Source: an uncultured virus (IMG/VR IMGVR_UViG_3300047673_000475)
Lineage: Duplodnaviria; Heunggongvirae; Uroviricota; Caudoviricetes
Virus record (IMG/VR): IMGVR_UViG_3300047673_000475
Direction: 5' to 3' (one strand)
Length of the DNA stretch: 64,000 bases
Below, in pieces: positions 39,952 to 49,939 of this stretch. The translations under genes were made by a program, and so were the position numbers. The notes under the pieces are model-generated. The model saw only the letters and a list, made by a program, of their open reading frames with translations, ran no database searches and had not been told where the DNA came from. Numbering within the stretch: the stretch's first letter is position 1; each line of letters begins with the position of its first letter.

Positions 39952-40725
39952 ATGAAAGAACAAAACCGCAAAGAAAACGTGCAGTTGATCATCACTTTGG
40001 ACCAAGCGGGTCGCCCCGTGTACAAGGATGGTGCTCCGGCGCTCTTAAACCACTCTCTGAGCCGTCTGAAGAACATCTTGCAGGGTCAGGTGCTGCATTG
40101 CGCAGAAGAGGCGTATAGCGCCTGTAATGCGACGCAGGCTATTTCCCACCTGATTGACCACAACGGTCAGCTGAGCACGGATTTGATCAACGCCTATCGC
40201 GAAGACAACCAGCTCTATCTGGGCGAAGTGTCCAATCTCGAAACCCAACACTGGCTGGTCGACTATCAGCACGGTGCGATCCACCGGCTGGTGCAGCGCA
40301 GTAACACTCCGAGCCTCACGGGCTTCGTGAGTCGCATCCACGTCGCGCAGCTCTTTAACCAGAAGGCGCCCGACGGTGCAGTCGTCGGCAATGTCCTCTT
40401 CGATGAGGAGTCGCTGGACGCGAACGGTTACGTGCTCGAGCGCACGGACTGGGAATCCCTTAACTACCGTACGGGAGGTCCGACCTGTGGACGCATCCGC
40501 CATCTCGTCTACCGACACACCAGCATCCCCAAGTCCTACCCCGCAGTTCTTTCTCTGGACAATTCAGCTTGGGCAGCACAGGCTGCTGCGCGCACGAAGC
40601 GCGACATCGAGCGCCGAGTCGACGTCAACCCCGACGGCGTCGTCGACCCTACCCTCGGATTCGGCAACGTCAAGCACGACGTCATCGACCCCATCACCGG
40701 CTACCGCCGACCCGTCTGGGGCTGA
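39952..40725 (+). CDS. Hypothetical protein
   Basis: AGGGA SD, 257 aa. Confidence 0.75.
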   Translation: MKEQNRKENVQLIITLDQAGRPVYKDGAPALLNHSLSRLKNILQGQVLHCAEEAYSACNATQAISHLIDHNGQLSTDLINAYREDNQLYLGEVSNLETQHWLVDYQHGAIHRLVQRSNTPSLTGFVSRIHVAQLFNQKAPDGAVVGNVLFDEESLDANGYVLERTDWESLNYRTGGPTCGRIRHLVYRHTSIPKSYPAVLSLDNSAWAAQAAARTKRDIERRVDVNPDGVVDPTLGFGNVKHDVIDPITGYRRPVWG

Positions 40726-41113
40726 AACCCCTTACCTGATAGGTCGGGATGTCGATCACATTAAACTGATTGACACCACCGCCAAGTCAGGGGTCCTGGC
40801 GTTTGCACCGGATTGGGAGAATGTAAAGGCGTACAAGGACGGGCGCTTAAACGAGCAGAGCTACACGGAACTCTACGAAGACAAGATGGTGGAGTCGCGT
40901 GACATGCATCGAGCGGCGTGGGATCGCCTCTCCGTGTATCCGTACGCAGCGTATGGGTGCTACTGCCCGGCTGGGGTGTTCTGTCACCGATTACTATTCA
41001 TTCACCATGCAAAAGCTCACCTAGAGTCGATGGGATGGAGAGTGAAGTTAATGGGTGAAATAACCAAAGATCATTTTCCGAAACCGGAGCTCCCTGATGC
41101 CACGTCATCTTAA
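40487..41113 (+). CDS. DUF488-like protein overlapping the upstream gene
   Basis: GGAGGT SD plus GTG at 40487; LWTIQLGQHRL, IDTTAKSG..FAPDW, CYC..G.FCHRL. Confidence 0.7.
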   Translation: MDASAISSTDTPASPSPTPQFFLWTIQLGQHRLLRARSATSSAESTSTPTASSTLPSDSATSSTTSSTPSPATADPSGAETPYLIGRDVDHIKLIDTTAKSGVLAFAPDWENVKAYKDGRLNEQSYTELYEDKMVESRDMHRAAWDRLSVYPYAAYGCYCPAGVFCHRLLFIHHAKAHLESMGWRVKLMGEITKDHFPKPELPDATSS

Positions 41114-41498
41114 TCTCGATACTCGTTTGCAGTTGTTCTTGCATCACCACGCGCGTGACGAAGCAACGTATAACTGCATGATGCTCGAGATTCAGATGGG
41201 GTATCTGCGCACCCTGCAGCGACTGCGCCTGTCCTTTGATTGTGGCGTGCAAGCCGCCGCCTGGTGCTTCACGCCTGCCATCATTGATCAGCAGGACGAA
41301 TGGTGGAACCCAAGCGGGCGGCCCGGCTACCACCTCGTCTTTGTGTTAGCGACGGGGGACGAGTTTGGCTTTACCTTGAGCCTCGATCACGATTGTAAGA
41401 TTGATTCGATCTGGCACAAGGACTACTGGCAGACCCGCGCTTGGCTTAAAGAGCAGGCGCGCTTTCGCGTTCCGTTTATTCGCGACGTACTTATCTAA
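41097..41498 (+). CDS. Hypothetical protein
   Basis: GGAG SD; overlaps the previous stop. Confidence 0.7.
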   Translation: MPRHLNLDTRLQLFLHHHARDEATYNCMMLEIQMGYLRTLQRLRLSFDCGVQAAAWCFTPAIIDQQDEWWNPSGRPGYHLVFVLATGDEFGFTLSLDHDCKIDSIWHKDYWQTRAWLKEQARFRVPFIRDVLI

Positions 41499-41509
41499 AG
41501 AGAATTACA

Positions 41510-42937
41510 ATGCCGTTCGTAAAAGAAGAAACGCGGGCGCTCGCCCGTATCGTCAAGATCGATGAGATCAAGCCGATCAAGAAAGCCGACCGTCTGGAAA
41601 TTGCGGTCGTTGGGGGGTGGGAATGTGTGGTCCAGAAGGAACTGTACAAGGTCGGGGACTTTGCTGTCTACTTCGAGATCGACGCGGCGGTTCCGTTGGA
41701 TAGCCCAGTGTGGGGTGACTTCGACAAGCGCTACCTGCTGATCCGGCAAGACACGGAAAACGGCGGGAAGGAATACGCCGTGATCAAGACCCTCAAGCTG
41801 CGCGGCGTGCGCTCGCAGGGTCTGCTCATGCAGCTGAAGAATCTCGAAAGCATTCCGGCTTTGCTCAAGATCGCCACTGCCACTGCGCAGGGTGAAGAGG
41901 AAGCCAACGTCACGCAGGAGCTCGAGATTCTCAAGTACGTGAATCCGGTCGAGTACAAACTGTACCTGCGCCGTCTGGCAGAAGAAGCAGGCGAGCGCGG
42001 GCGACAGACCAAGAGCTGGTGGTGGAAGCTGCGCATGAAGTTGATCGACGGCATTTTGGTCGACGGCCTGCAAGACTTCCCGCGTGGGCATGTGAAGTCC
42101 GATGAAGAGCGTGTCCAGAACCTGAAAAAGGAATACGACAGGCTCGTCAAGGAAGGCGATGACTGGGAAGGTTCAGTCAAGCTCGATGGTGAATCCGCCA
42201 TGGCCTACCAGGATCTGGATACCGGCGACATCGGCCTGGCTCAACGCAACTGGTCGCTGCGCACCGAGTTTGTCCCCTACACCCGCAAGGAATCGTTCAA
42301 GGTCTATGTGTCGGACTGGATGCGTTTCGTGCCACGGCGCTTGCGCGGTGGTGAGTGCGAGGTGCCGCGCTGGAAGAAGGGCTTCGATCCGACGGGGGTG
42401 CCGTTGGTGCGCTGGATGCTCAACCAAGGTATCGTGCAGAATCTGAAAGCGCTCAATCGAGCGCTGATGATGGACGTGTCGATTGCTAAGGGGATTGGGC
42501 TGGCATTCGCTCACGGCAAGATCGTGGCGATTCAAGGCGAGATGGTCGGACCGAAGTTCAACGGCAATGCTGAAAAGCTGGCCGAAAACCGCTTCTACGT
42601 GTATCGCGCCTACGGCAATGGGACCTACCGATTCACGCCGGATGAAACCAAGGCAATCGCCGCTTACTTGGGTTTGGATTACATCCCGGTTGATCCGAAG
42701 CTGGCCCGTATCAAGTTGCCTGCGGACATGAACGAGTTGCTCAAGCTCGCCGACGGTAAGTCGGCACTGCTGGCGACGTCGCCGTCTGATCCGAAGCCGA
42801 CGTTGCGCGAAGGACTAGTGATGAAGAATCACGAGACAGGCCAGTCGTTCAAGGTGATCTCCAACAAGTGGCTCGAATTGATGGGCGAGTTGGAGGGCGA
42901 GGAAGAAGAAGCGCAAGAAGCGGCCGCAACTGCCTAA
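41510..42937 (+). CDS. RNA ligase (DRB0094/Rnl2-like, N-terminal OB-like domain)
   Basis: IKKADRLEIAVVGGWECVV, LRGVRSQGLL, motif I KLDGES, IQGEMVG, REGLVMK, FKVISNKWL. Confidence 0.9.
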   Translation: MPFVKEETRALARIVKIDEIKPIKKADRLEIAVVGGWECVVQKELYKVGDFAVYFEIDAAVPLDSPVWGDFDKRYLLIRQDTENGGKEYAVIKTLKLRGVRSQGLLMQLKNLESIPALLKIATATAQGEEEANVTQELEILKYVNPVEYKLYLRRLAEEAGERGRQTKSWWWKLRMKLIDGILVDGLQDFPRGHVKSDEERVQNLKKEYDRLVKEGDDWEGSVKLDGESAMAYQDLDTGDIGLAQRNWSLRTEFVPYTRKESFKVYVSDWMRFVPRRLRGGECEVPRWKKGFDPTGVPLVRWMLNQGIVQNLKALNRALMMDVSIAKGIGLAFAHGKIVAIQGEMVGPKFNGNAEKLAENRFYVYRAYGNGTYRFTPDETKAIAAYLGLDYIPVDPKLARIKLPADMNELLKLADGKSALLATSPSDPKPTLREGLVMKNHETGQSFKVISNKWLELMGELEGEEEEAQEAAATA

Positions 42938-42996
42938 CGGCATAACGACATAAAAGCCAGAAAAGACCCGCAAAGGTCTTTTCTGGCTCTATGCCG
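42938..42996. terminator. Bidirectional hairpin flanked by CGGCATA, GACATA and TATGCCG
   Basis: AGCCAGAAAAGACC-loop-GGTCTTTTCTGGCT-C-TATGCCG between convergent genes. Confidence 0.8.
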
Positions 42997-43021
42997 CTAT
43001 CACTCTTTTTTTGGTTTCGTC

Positions 43022-43942
43022 TTAGAACGTGACGTTCACCGAGAGGGAATCGCTACCGGTCAGACCGGCTTGAACTTGCGCCGCGCCAGCAGCGAGATCG
43101 CTGATGCCTTGAGCGTAGTTCGAGGTACCCCAGTTCGCCACATCAGCGGCGATCGAATCGACGAACGGTGCACGCTCGTACGGGTTCGCGCCCGTGATGT
43201 TGATACCGTTGAGCAGCGTCTGGTTGAACGCGTCGACACCCAGGCCAAACTGCGCAATACCGGCGAACTCGACGTCGTACGCCACGATTTCGCCGCCGCT
43301 GTTCAGATCGCGCTGACCAGTGACTTCGCCCGAGGTCTTCGGGAACATGTTCGTCACGAGCCAGGACTTGTTGACCTTGGTGTGGGTCGGGTCCGGTTCG
43401 ATGAACGCGCAGGTCATCGTGTAACGGTCCGGCAGCATGTCGGTGACTTGGTTGCCCGCGATCGTGTTGATCGAGGCGACCTTGCTGTTCGGGTCCATCA
43501 TGCAGTACTGAATCCAGCCGCGCAGGAAGCGGTTGATCGGCATGCCGTACTTTTCGTTCCAGCGGAAGTTCGGCTGCGAGCGGCTTTCCTTCACGTCGGT
43601 GAATTCTTCTTGCACCTGACCGCCACCGCCGACGGGGTTACCGTCCGTGGTGTCGACCGTGAGCGTGGAGCTCAGGCCCGTGATGGTGAGCGGGTGCAGC
43701 TCGACCAGGGCGCGCAGCGTGCCGATCCAGTAGTCCGGGTTCGGCAGGTCCGAGAAAGCGGTCGGGGCTTCGATCAGCAGAGCGATCAGGTTCCGGCGCA
43801 CGTACGCCTGATTACCGACCCACTCCGTCAGATCCGGTGCGTAACCCATTTGTGCGGAATACTGCAGATCCGCCATCGGGATATTCACGCCAGCGCCGAA
43901 CGCGTAACCTTGCGGCAACAGCGTTTGTGCGATACGGCTCAT
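43022..43942 (-). CDS. Tail tube protein (phiKZ gp30-like)
   Basis: YVRRNLIALLIEAP, EKYGMPI, FIEPDPT, LVTNMFP; directly downstream of the sheath. Confidence 0.88.
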   Translation of the reverse strand: MSRIAQTLLPQGYAFGAGVNIPMADLQYSAQMGYAPDLTEWVGNQAYVRRNLIALLIEAPTAFSDLPNPDYWIGTLRALVELHPLTITGLSSTLTVDTTDGNPVGGGGQVQEEFTDVKESRSQPNFRWNEKYGMPINRFLRGWIQYCMMDPNSKVASINTIAGNQVTDMLPDRYTMTCAFIEPDPTHTKVNKSWLVTNMFPKTSGEVTGQRDLNSGGEIVAYDVEFAGIAQFGLGVDAFNQTLLNGINITGANPYERAPFVDSIAADVANWGTSNYAQGISDLAAGAAQVQAGLTGSDSLSVNVTF

Positions 43943-44008
43943 GTAAAACTCCTGTTCTTAAGAATGTCAGCTAGAGAGGGAGCCGTAGCTCCCCCACCCG
44001 TGGATTGC

Positions 44009-46147
44009 TTAGGTCGCGATCAGCTGCTGGGCCGTACCACCCGAGGTGGTCGACAGATCCGACGAACGATTCGCCTGGATGATCAGCGTTTCCACCGTAT
44101 CCATGTTGTCCGCGTAGATCTTCAGCATCAGCGTCCAGCTGTAGCCGCGTTGCGTGTCGTCTGCCGTGAAGTAGCAGTTCGGGATGATCGTGAAGCGACC
44201 ATCGAAGCGCTGGTTCGTCTGCTTCACCGCTTCCTTGTTCACCTGGTCGACCAACTGGCCAGGCTTCAGCTTGCTGTTGCCGCTGAACTTGCGACGGATA
44301 CGGTCGCCGACCTTCTCGAGTTCCACGCAGCCCATCATGGTGAAGAAGCTGGTGAGCACCGAGGTGTCGTCGTCGTACACCGTCTTGAACGCCGGGAAGT
44401 AGTACGAGCGACGGCCGTACGACTCCACCCACACGAGACCGTTGTCCCAGTCGCTGTTGCGCACCGAGGCAGGCGTGAAGGTCACGTTGATGTCCGTCAT
44501 CAGCGTCACTTGATTCAGCGGGTCGCTGTCGAACGAGTACACCGACTTCCACACGCCGTCGCCCGCGCCCATGTACTTCGCCGCTTTCGCTGCGAACTCG
44601 ATGGTGAGCGGCAAGCGCTTGCCGTACAGGCTGTTGATCAGCGTGCCGGAGCGACCGATGATCATGCCGCGCATCGTGGCGGTGCCGAAGTAGTCCGACT
44701 CCGGGTACATCTGCAAACGCGTACGCAGCGCGATGGCGAGAGCCGATTCCTGAGCCGCCGTCATCACCTGGCCGCTGCCGTCGTAGACGGAGAGCACCAC
44801 CGCGGTATCCTTACGGACCGAGATGAATTGGCACAGGTCGTACTTCGTTTCGAGCGGGAAGCCCGTGTCGTACAGGATCGATTCCGGATACGTAGCCGTA
44901 TCTTGCAGGTACGCATTCGGATCAGCGTAACCCGCCACTGCCGCGGACACCAGCGTCGCGAACGACGCATCATTCATCGTGCCGTCCGAACCACCCGACG
45001 CGTAGATCGTCGAATTCTGCGTGAAGCGCACGGCGTTAGCCGCTTGCGTGACCACCTGGAACGAATGATACGGCACGTTCTGGCTCGACACGCCCGACAC
45101 GAAGTTGAACAGGTACTCTTCACCTGCTGCGCCCGTGAAGTCGCTGAAGGCACCCGCTACCGGGTACTCCGCTGCGTAGAACAGACCCAACACCGTGGCG
45201 ACGTTCGCGTCGTACACCTTCAGCTTGCCGAACGGACCCCACACCGGCGGCGTACCGTCGGTCGGTTGCAGATTCTGGTAAGCCTGGATCAGGCGGTCGC
45301 CGACGTACATTTTCTGCGTCGTCGACTTGTCGATCACGCCGGGCTTGAAACCCAGGTCGTAGTACTGCGAGCCATCGCGGCCTGCCACAATGGCAGCCGT
45401 ACCGTTAGCGCTCGGCTTGTTAGCGAACGCAAAGCGGAACGGGTACATCAGATCGTCGGTGATGTACGCGTCGTTGATCGGCGTGCTCGACACCGAGGTG
45501 GGCGCCCACATACGGAAGCCGTGCCAGTTGCCTTCGGCACCGATGTGCGGCACTTCCAGATCAAAGATCGGGTAGCGCTGCGATTGAGCGGACGCGCCGT
45601 CAGTCATGTCGCCCGGAATGATCTCGCCCGCACCGAAGTTGGTCGTGCCGTCTTCTTCCGGGGTGATGTAGGCCGTAACCCACTTCACTTGATAGCCTGC
45701 GATCGTGGCACCTTCGCCGGTCACTGGAACCGGGTTGCCGCCCGTGTCGAGCTTGATCGAGCCGTCGACGTTACGGACATAATCCGGCACGTTAGTCGGC
45801 AACACATCGAGGTAGACGCGCAGGTTCGCGCGCGGCGCTGCATCCGTCGGAATGACCCGCTCGATCATCATCTGGTTGCCCGCTGCATTGAGCGTGTTGG
45901 CCAGCACAGTTTGGTGGTTAGCGTACGACTTCAGATAGTCGAACGTGTCGGCACCGTACATCTGGGTCATGCCGTCACCGCCGACCAGCATCGGTTGGCT
46001 CGGGCCAGGGCCAGTCTGCGCAAACAGATAGACCTTCGCCAGGTGGGTCGGCAGGTTCTCCGGAATCGGAACCAGTGCTCGGGTGCTGTTATCCTGCACG
46101 CCGAGGAAGTTCGTCATCGGAGCGGCGTTGATAATTGCATTCGCCAT
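44009..46147 (-). CDS. Tail sheath protein (phiKZ gp29-like)
   Basis: 712 aa; GVQDNS..PTHL..FAQTGP, GGSDGT, YDTGF, YPES..FGT, GYSW. Confidence 0.92.
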   Translation of the reverse strand: MANAIINAAPMTNFLGVQDNSTRALVPIPENLPTHLAKVYLFAQTGPGPSQPMLVGGDGMTQMYGADTFDYLKSYANHQTVLANTLNAAGNQMMIERVIPTDAAPRANLRVYLDVLPTNVPDYVRNVDGSIKLDTGGNPVPVTGEGATIAGYQVKWVTAYITPEEDGTTNFGAGEIIPGDMTDGASAQSQRYPIFDLEVPHIGAEGNWHGFRMWAPTSVSSTPINDAYITDDLMYPFRFAFANKPSANGTAAIVAGRDGSQYYDLGFKPGVIDKSTTQKMYVGDRLIQAYQNLQPTDGTPPVWGPFGKLKVYDANVATVLGLFYAAEYPVAGAFSDFTGAAGEEYLFNFVSGVSSQNVPYHSFQVVTQAANAVRFTQNSTIYASGGSDGTMNDASFATLVSAAVAGYADPNAYLQDTATYPESILYDTGFPLETKYDLCQFISVRKDTAVVLSVYDGSGQVMTAAQESALAIALRTRLQMYPESDYFGTATMRGMIIGRSGTLINSLYGKRLPLTIEFAAKAAKYMGAGDGVWKSVYSFDSDPLNQVTLMTDINVTFTPASVRNSDWDNGLVWVESYGRRSYYFPAFKTVYDDDTSVLTSFFTMMGCVELEKVGDRIRRKFSGNSKLKPGQLVDQVNKEAVKQTNQRFDGRFTIIPNCYFTADDTQRGYSWTLMLKIYADNMDTVETLIIQANRSSDLSTTSGGTAQQLIAT

Positions 46148-46430
46148 TTCGCGATTCCTTAGTTGAATGGTATGGTTTCGAAGACGATGCTGAACATCCT
46201 GGCGTCCTCTGGTGAGGCTGACCGTATCCCTCCAAATCAGTTGGCCAAAAACACCAGCTGCAGGAAAATGTCAGTCATAAGTATTTAAAATTTAATTCGC
46301 CGGGGCTGCTACAGAGGGGTACTTTCGAGCTGCAAAGCGCCCAAGTAAAAATCGCCATAGGATGGGCAGTAAGTTTTCACTATGAATAGACACTTTGGTC
46401 CAAGCGACCCCAACCACTCTGGGATGAAAC

Positions 46431-47348
46431 ATGAGTATCTTCAGAACAGCCTACGACACGAAAGCTTGCGAAGGCTTCGCGGTCAGTAAGCTCCAAGGCG
46501 AAGTCGCCAAAGCAATGACCGTGGGCTGGCTGAGCCCGGTAGCCGATACGCCCATCCGTCAGGTTGACGGCAGCGATACGCTCACCTCCACCATCCCGAG
46601 CTTTTTGCATCCGCTCCTGATCGAACGCGAAGGCAACCAACTCGATCTGGTTATCGACACGCGACCCTTCGGCAAATGGAATCCGCATCAGCGCGAGTTC
46701 GTCGTGCGCAATCCGATCGAATACGATTTGCTGGTGTTTCGCGCCAAGCTGAACTCGATCTGGTTGTCGCACCCAGCCGAAGTGCTGCGCGATGTGTCGC
46801 CCTTTGCCATGCAGGTGTTCTGTGCCTGGATCAGCGAGAACGTCTCGCGCCGCTTTGCGCTCGATCCGCTCGAACAGATGAAGCTGGCAGTCTACACGGG
46901 CTTCTTCTATCAGTCGCTCTTTACCGACATGAAGGAGCTCACCGAGCGCGATAAGCTGCGCATGGTGCAGTCGATTGCCAAGAACACGCACGCGAAGAAC
47001 ACCGACGTGCTCGACGTGCTCGATCAATTCACTGCGCCGCTCACCGGCATCAAAGAGTTCTGTGATCGCGCTGAAGAAGTGACGGGTTCGATCCGCCTGC
47101 AAGACTTTAACGTCGGGGTGCTCTACCAGATTCTGGGGCGCACCTGGTTCGGTCCGAATGCACCGGAACTCATCGCCGTGGCCCTCGAGCATCCGCCGAC
47201 GTGGCTGTCCATCATGATGGCGGCGACCAGCGAACGCACGTTCAAGAACTCGCAGATCGCCAAGATTGCGGAGCGCTCCAGCATGTCGGTGAACCAGCAG
47301 TTTGCGCGCCAGATCGTGAACCTCGTGAACGTGGCGATGGGCAAGTAA
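46431..47348 (+). CDS. Virion protein (phiKZ gp28-like)
   Basis: Divergent from the sheath; WFG..ALEHPPTW motif. Confidence 0.75.
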   Translation: MSIFRTAYDTKACEGFAVSKLQGEVAKAMTVGWLSPVADTPIRQVDGSDTLTSTIPSFLHPLLIEREGNQLDLVIDTRPFGKWNPHQREFVVRNPIEYDLLVFRAKLNSIWLSHPAEVLRDVSPFAMQVFCAWISENVSRRFALDPLEQMKLAVYTGFFYQSLFTDMKELTERDKLRMVQSIAKNTHAKNTDVLDVLDQFTAPLTGIKEFCDRAEEVTGSIRLQDFNVGVLYQILGRTWFGPNAPELIAVALEHPPTWLSIMMAATSERTFKNSQIAKIAERSSMSVNQQFARQIVNLVNVAMGK

Positions 47349-47365
47349 CTTCTCCAAGGCAGGCT

Positions 47366-49939
47366 ATGGCTTACGACTACCTCGAAGCATACGCGCTGTC
47401 AAACGTGTGGTGTGCTCCCTACCAGGATAATCAGGCGATCCTTGAACTGGCTCGTCTGACTCCGGTAGGGGGTGCGTTCAATTATTTCAAGGTTCAGAAC
47501 AATACGGTCTGGTTCCCGGTCAAGAAGACACGCTTTCATGTCTACTCGATTGGCCAAGTCAACCCGATGCTGCTGGGGATCTACACCAAGTGGACCTGGA
47601 ATACGTTTGCTGACGCGTGCAACAAAGAGAACCTGATGGTGGACCTGTATGCGAACAGTGGCCTGCAAATGCCGCGTACGCAAAGCTGGTACATGATCAC
47701 GGAGAATCACAACCTGATCGTCGCGGTGCAAGTGCAGCCGAAGATCAACATCAACCTCGACACCGAGCCGCTCTTCTTGCGGGTCTATAGCAACGCGTAT
47801 TACAAGTCGCAAGCGGCCACCGATGCGAGCGCGAAGATCTATGTCGAGGGTCGCACCCCGCTGAACACCGACGCGATCCTCACGTTGCAAAACGATCTGG
47901 CTGCTTACAAAGCGAAGCAAGGCGTGGTGTATGCGTACGTGAATGGCTACAAGGTCAGTCAGATCGATCTGTTCACGGTCAATGTCGGTGATGTGGTCGA
48001 ATTCGTTTATGACGCCTCGATCTACAAGGTGGTGGACTTCAAGGTCAGTGACCTGCAGTCTTTCACCAGTACGCTCGACACCAAGCAGAAGTGGCTCCTT
48101 CACTATGCGGGCAATGTCAACGAGATCGACTACGAAGACGACATCGATGTCTTCGTCTGTCAGCCGCAACCCTCCAATCGCTGGAAGGGCGTGTATTACC
48201 ATCGCAATGCAGGCGACAGTCTGCGCATGGTCACGCACAAAGACTATGCGATTGTTCCGGCCTATGTGAATGCATTCTGTTCGGACCAGGGTTGGGACCC
48301 GATGCAGTGCTACGTGCGACTGCATATTCGCAATGGGGGCTGGAACCGCTCGCTGGTGTTCGAGCATAACCGCATCCATGAGCTCTACAAGCTGCCGGAT
48401 AACCTGATCCGTGGGGCGCTGCTCGGGATCAACTCGAACGTCGAGAACTGGAAGGCAGCGAACCTGGAGTCGTCGACCTATACGCAGATCATGGGCTCGT
48501 TGATGCCGGTGCTCTCGAAGGCGGAAGTCGAAGACGCGCTGGGTTACAACGCGATCAGTAAGCTGCTGGGTGATACGCCGCAGCAAGTGCGGATCGAATC
48601 CAGCCAGAACGTGGTGGACGTGCCGTATGGCTTGCAGGTGAAGTCCACCGGGTACGAGTACGACAGCAATGGCGCGCTGCTAGGCTGGACCTCGCATCAG
48701 GCAGGTTCGATCTACGCGTGCGGTTACTCGAACGCTACCCTGGTGGAGCTCATTTCGGGCACAGGCAATACCCAACTGGATGAGAACTACGGGATCGCGT
48801 CGCAAACGCTGGATTCAGCAACCGATTACCGGATGTACACCTGTCCGATCGTGGGTGGAGTGCCGACCAACGTCTGGACGGATGTGACGGGCTCGGGCGC
48901 GTACGCAGTGGATGCGAATGGCAAACTCACCTGGCTGGTGGACCCAACCAAGTTCTACACGCTGGTGCGCGGTGATCGCTTCTTCTTGGCGTATTCGCTG
49001 GATCTGACCACCACTGACGGCTTGCTGGAATTCACGCTCACGCAGCGCATGCATCGCAATAACCAGACGACCAACTGGACCATGCAGATCCCAATGGGTG
49101 AGCTGGACCTGTGGTTAAATGGCAAGGCGCTGGTGGAGAATATTGACTACTATGTCAATTTTCCGCAGATCGTGATCGTCAACAAAGCGTTTCGGCTGGC
49201 GGGCAGCGGCACCCAGCACGTGGACATTCGCTTCACGGGCTTTTGCAATGCCGACAAAACCCGTACGCCCCAAGAGGACAAGGGTTTTATCCAGTACGGG
49301 CTGCTCTCGGATAACAACCGCTTTGACATCCGTGACGACAAGGTGCTGCGCATCCAGGTAAATGGAGCGACGCTTGATCGTTCCGCGTTGCTGTTCCAGG
49401 AAGGCAATGCCGGGGTCTCGGCCCCCAACGCCCTGAATGGCACGCCGTACTTGGTGCGCGACATCGTGGTGCCGCTGCGCGGGTTGACAACGACCGATAC
49501 GTATTCGTTGCGAGCCATCGCCATGGAAACGGATCAGGTGGTAAGCGACTACATGTCGCAGTATTACCCGATGCCGCAACCGAGTGGGCCGGATCAGATC
49601 GAACAGAAATGGGCGGTCTACAGTCCCTTTGCCTGCAAGCTGCTGTACGACATGAACAATGGCTTGCTGGATGATCCGCGCATGTACCTGCAGTACAACG
49701 ACGACGTAGTGCGCGAGCTGTGTGCGCCGTACGCGTATCTGCTCACGATGGACCCGACTCAGCCAGCCAACACACCGGACCTGCGCTTTGTCGAAATCCA
49801 TCCGCATGACTTGATGACGGTGATTGGCACCTCGATCTACCACTACAAGTTCTTGCTGCGCGCTGTCAACCTGTATCTGAATGGGTTGGTGAATCTGGCC
49901 AACTTTGTCAACATCCAAAACTACACAGGTGGAAGTTAA
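47366..49939 (+). CDS. Virion/baseplate structural protein (phiKZ gp27-like)
   Basis: NVWCAPYQD N-terminus; synteny in the sheath-terminase block. Confidence 0.8.
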   Translation: MAYDYLEAYALSNVWCAPYQDNQAILELARLTPVGGAFNYFKVQNNTVWFPVKKTRFHVYSIGQVNPMLLGIYTKWTWNTFADACNKENLMVDLYANSGLQMPRTQSWYMITENHNLIVAVQVQPKININLDTEPLFLRVYSNAYYKSQAATDASAKIYVEGRTPLNTDAILTLQNDLAAYKAKQGVVYAYVNGYKVSQIDLFTVNVGDVVEFVYDASIYKVVDFKVSDLQSFTSTLDTKQKWLLHYAGNVNEIDYEDDIDVFVCQPQPSNRWKGVYYHRNAGDSLRMVTHKDYAIVPAYVNAFCSDQGWDPMQCYVRLHIRNGGWNRSLVFEHNRIHELYKLPDNLIRGALLGINSNVENWKAANLESSTYTQIMGSLMPVLSKAEVEDALGYNAISKLLGDTPQQVRIESSQNVVDVPYGLQVKSTGYEYDSNGALLGWTSHQAGSIYACGYSNATLVELISGTGNTQLDENYGIASQTLDSATDYRMYTCPIVGGVPTNVWTDVTGSGAYAVDANGKLTWLVDPTKFYTLVRGDRFFLAYSLDLTTTDGLLEFTLTQRMHRNNQTTNWTMQIPMGELDLWLNGKALVENIDYYVNFPQIVIVNKAFRLAGSGTQHVDIRFTGFCNADKTRTPQEDKGFIQYGLLSDNNRFDIRDDKVLRIQVNGATLDRSALLFQEGNAGVSAPNALNGTPYLVRDIVVPLRGLTTTDTYSLRAIAMETDQVVSDYMSQYYPMPQPSGPDQIEQKWAVYSPFACKLLYDMNNGLLDDPRMYLQYNDDVVRELCAPYAYLLTMDPTQPANTPDLRFVEIHPHDLMTVIGTSIYHYKFLLRAVNLYLNGLVNLANFVNIQNYTGGS

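Noticed and set aside
43070..46162. 1030-aa plus-strand ORF
   Set aside because: Antisense shadow of the strongly codon-biased sheath and tube genes; no motifs or SD. The same applies to 4528-6096, 31696-33987, 35545-37848 and 50221-51846.
46148..46430. ncRNA in the sheath/gp28-like divergent gap
   Set aside because: Adequately explained by divergent late promoters (TATG motifs on both strands); no convincing extended structure.
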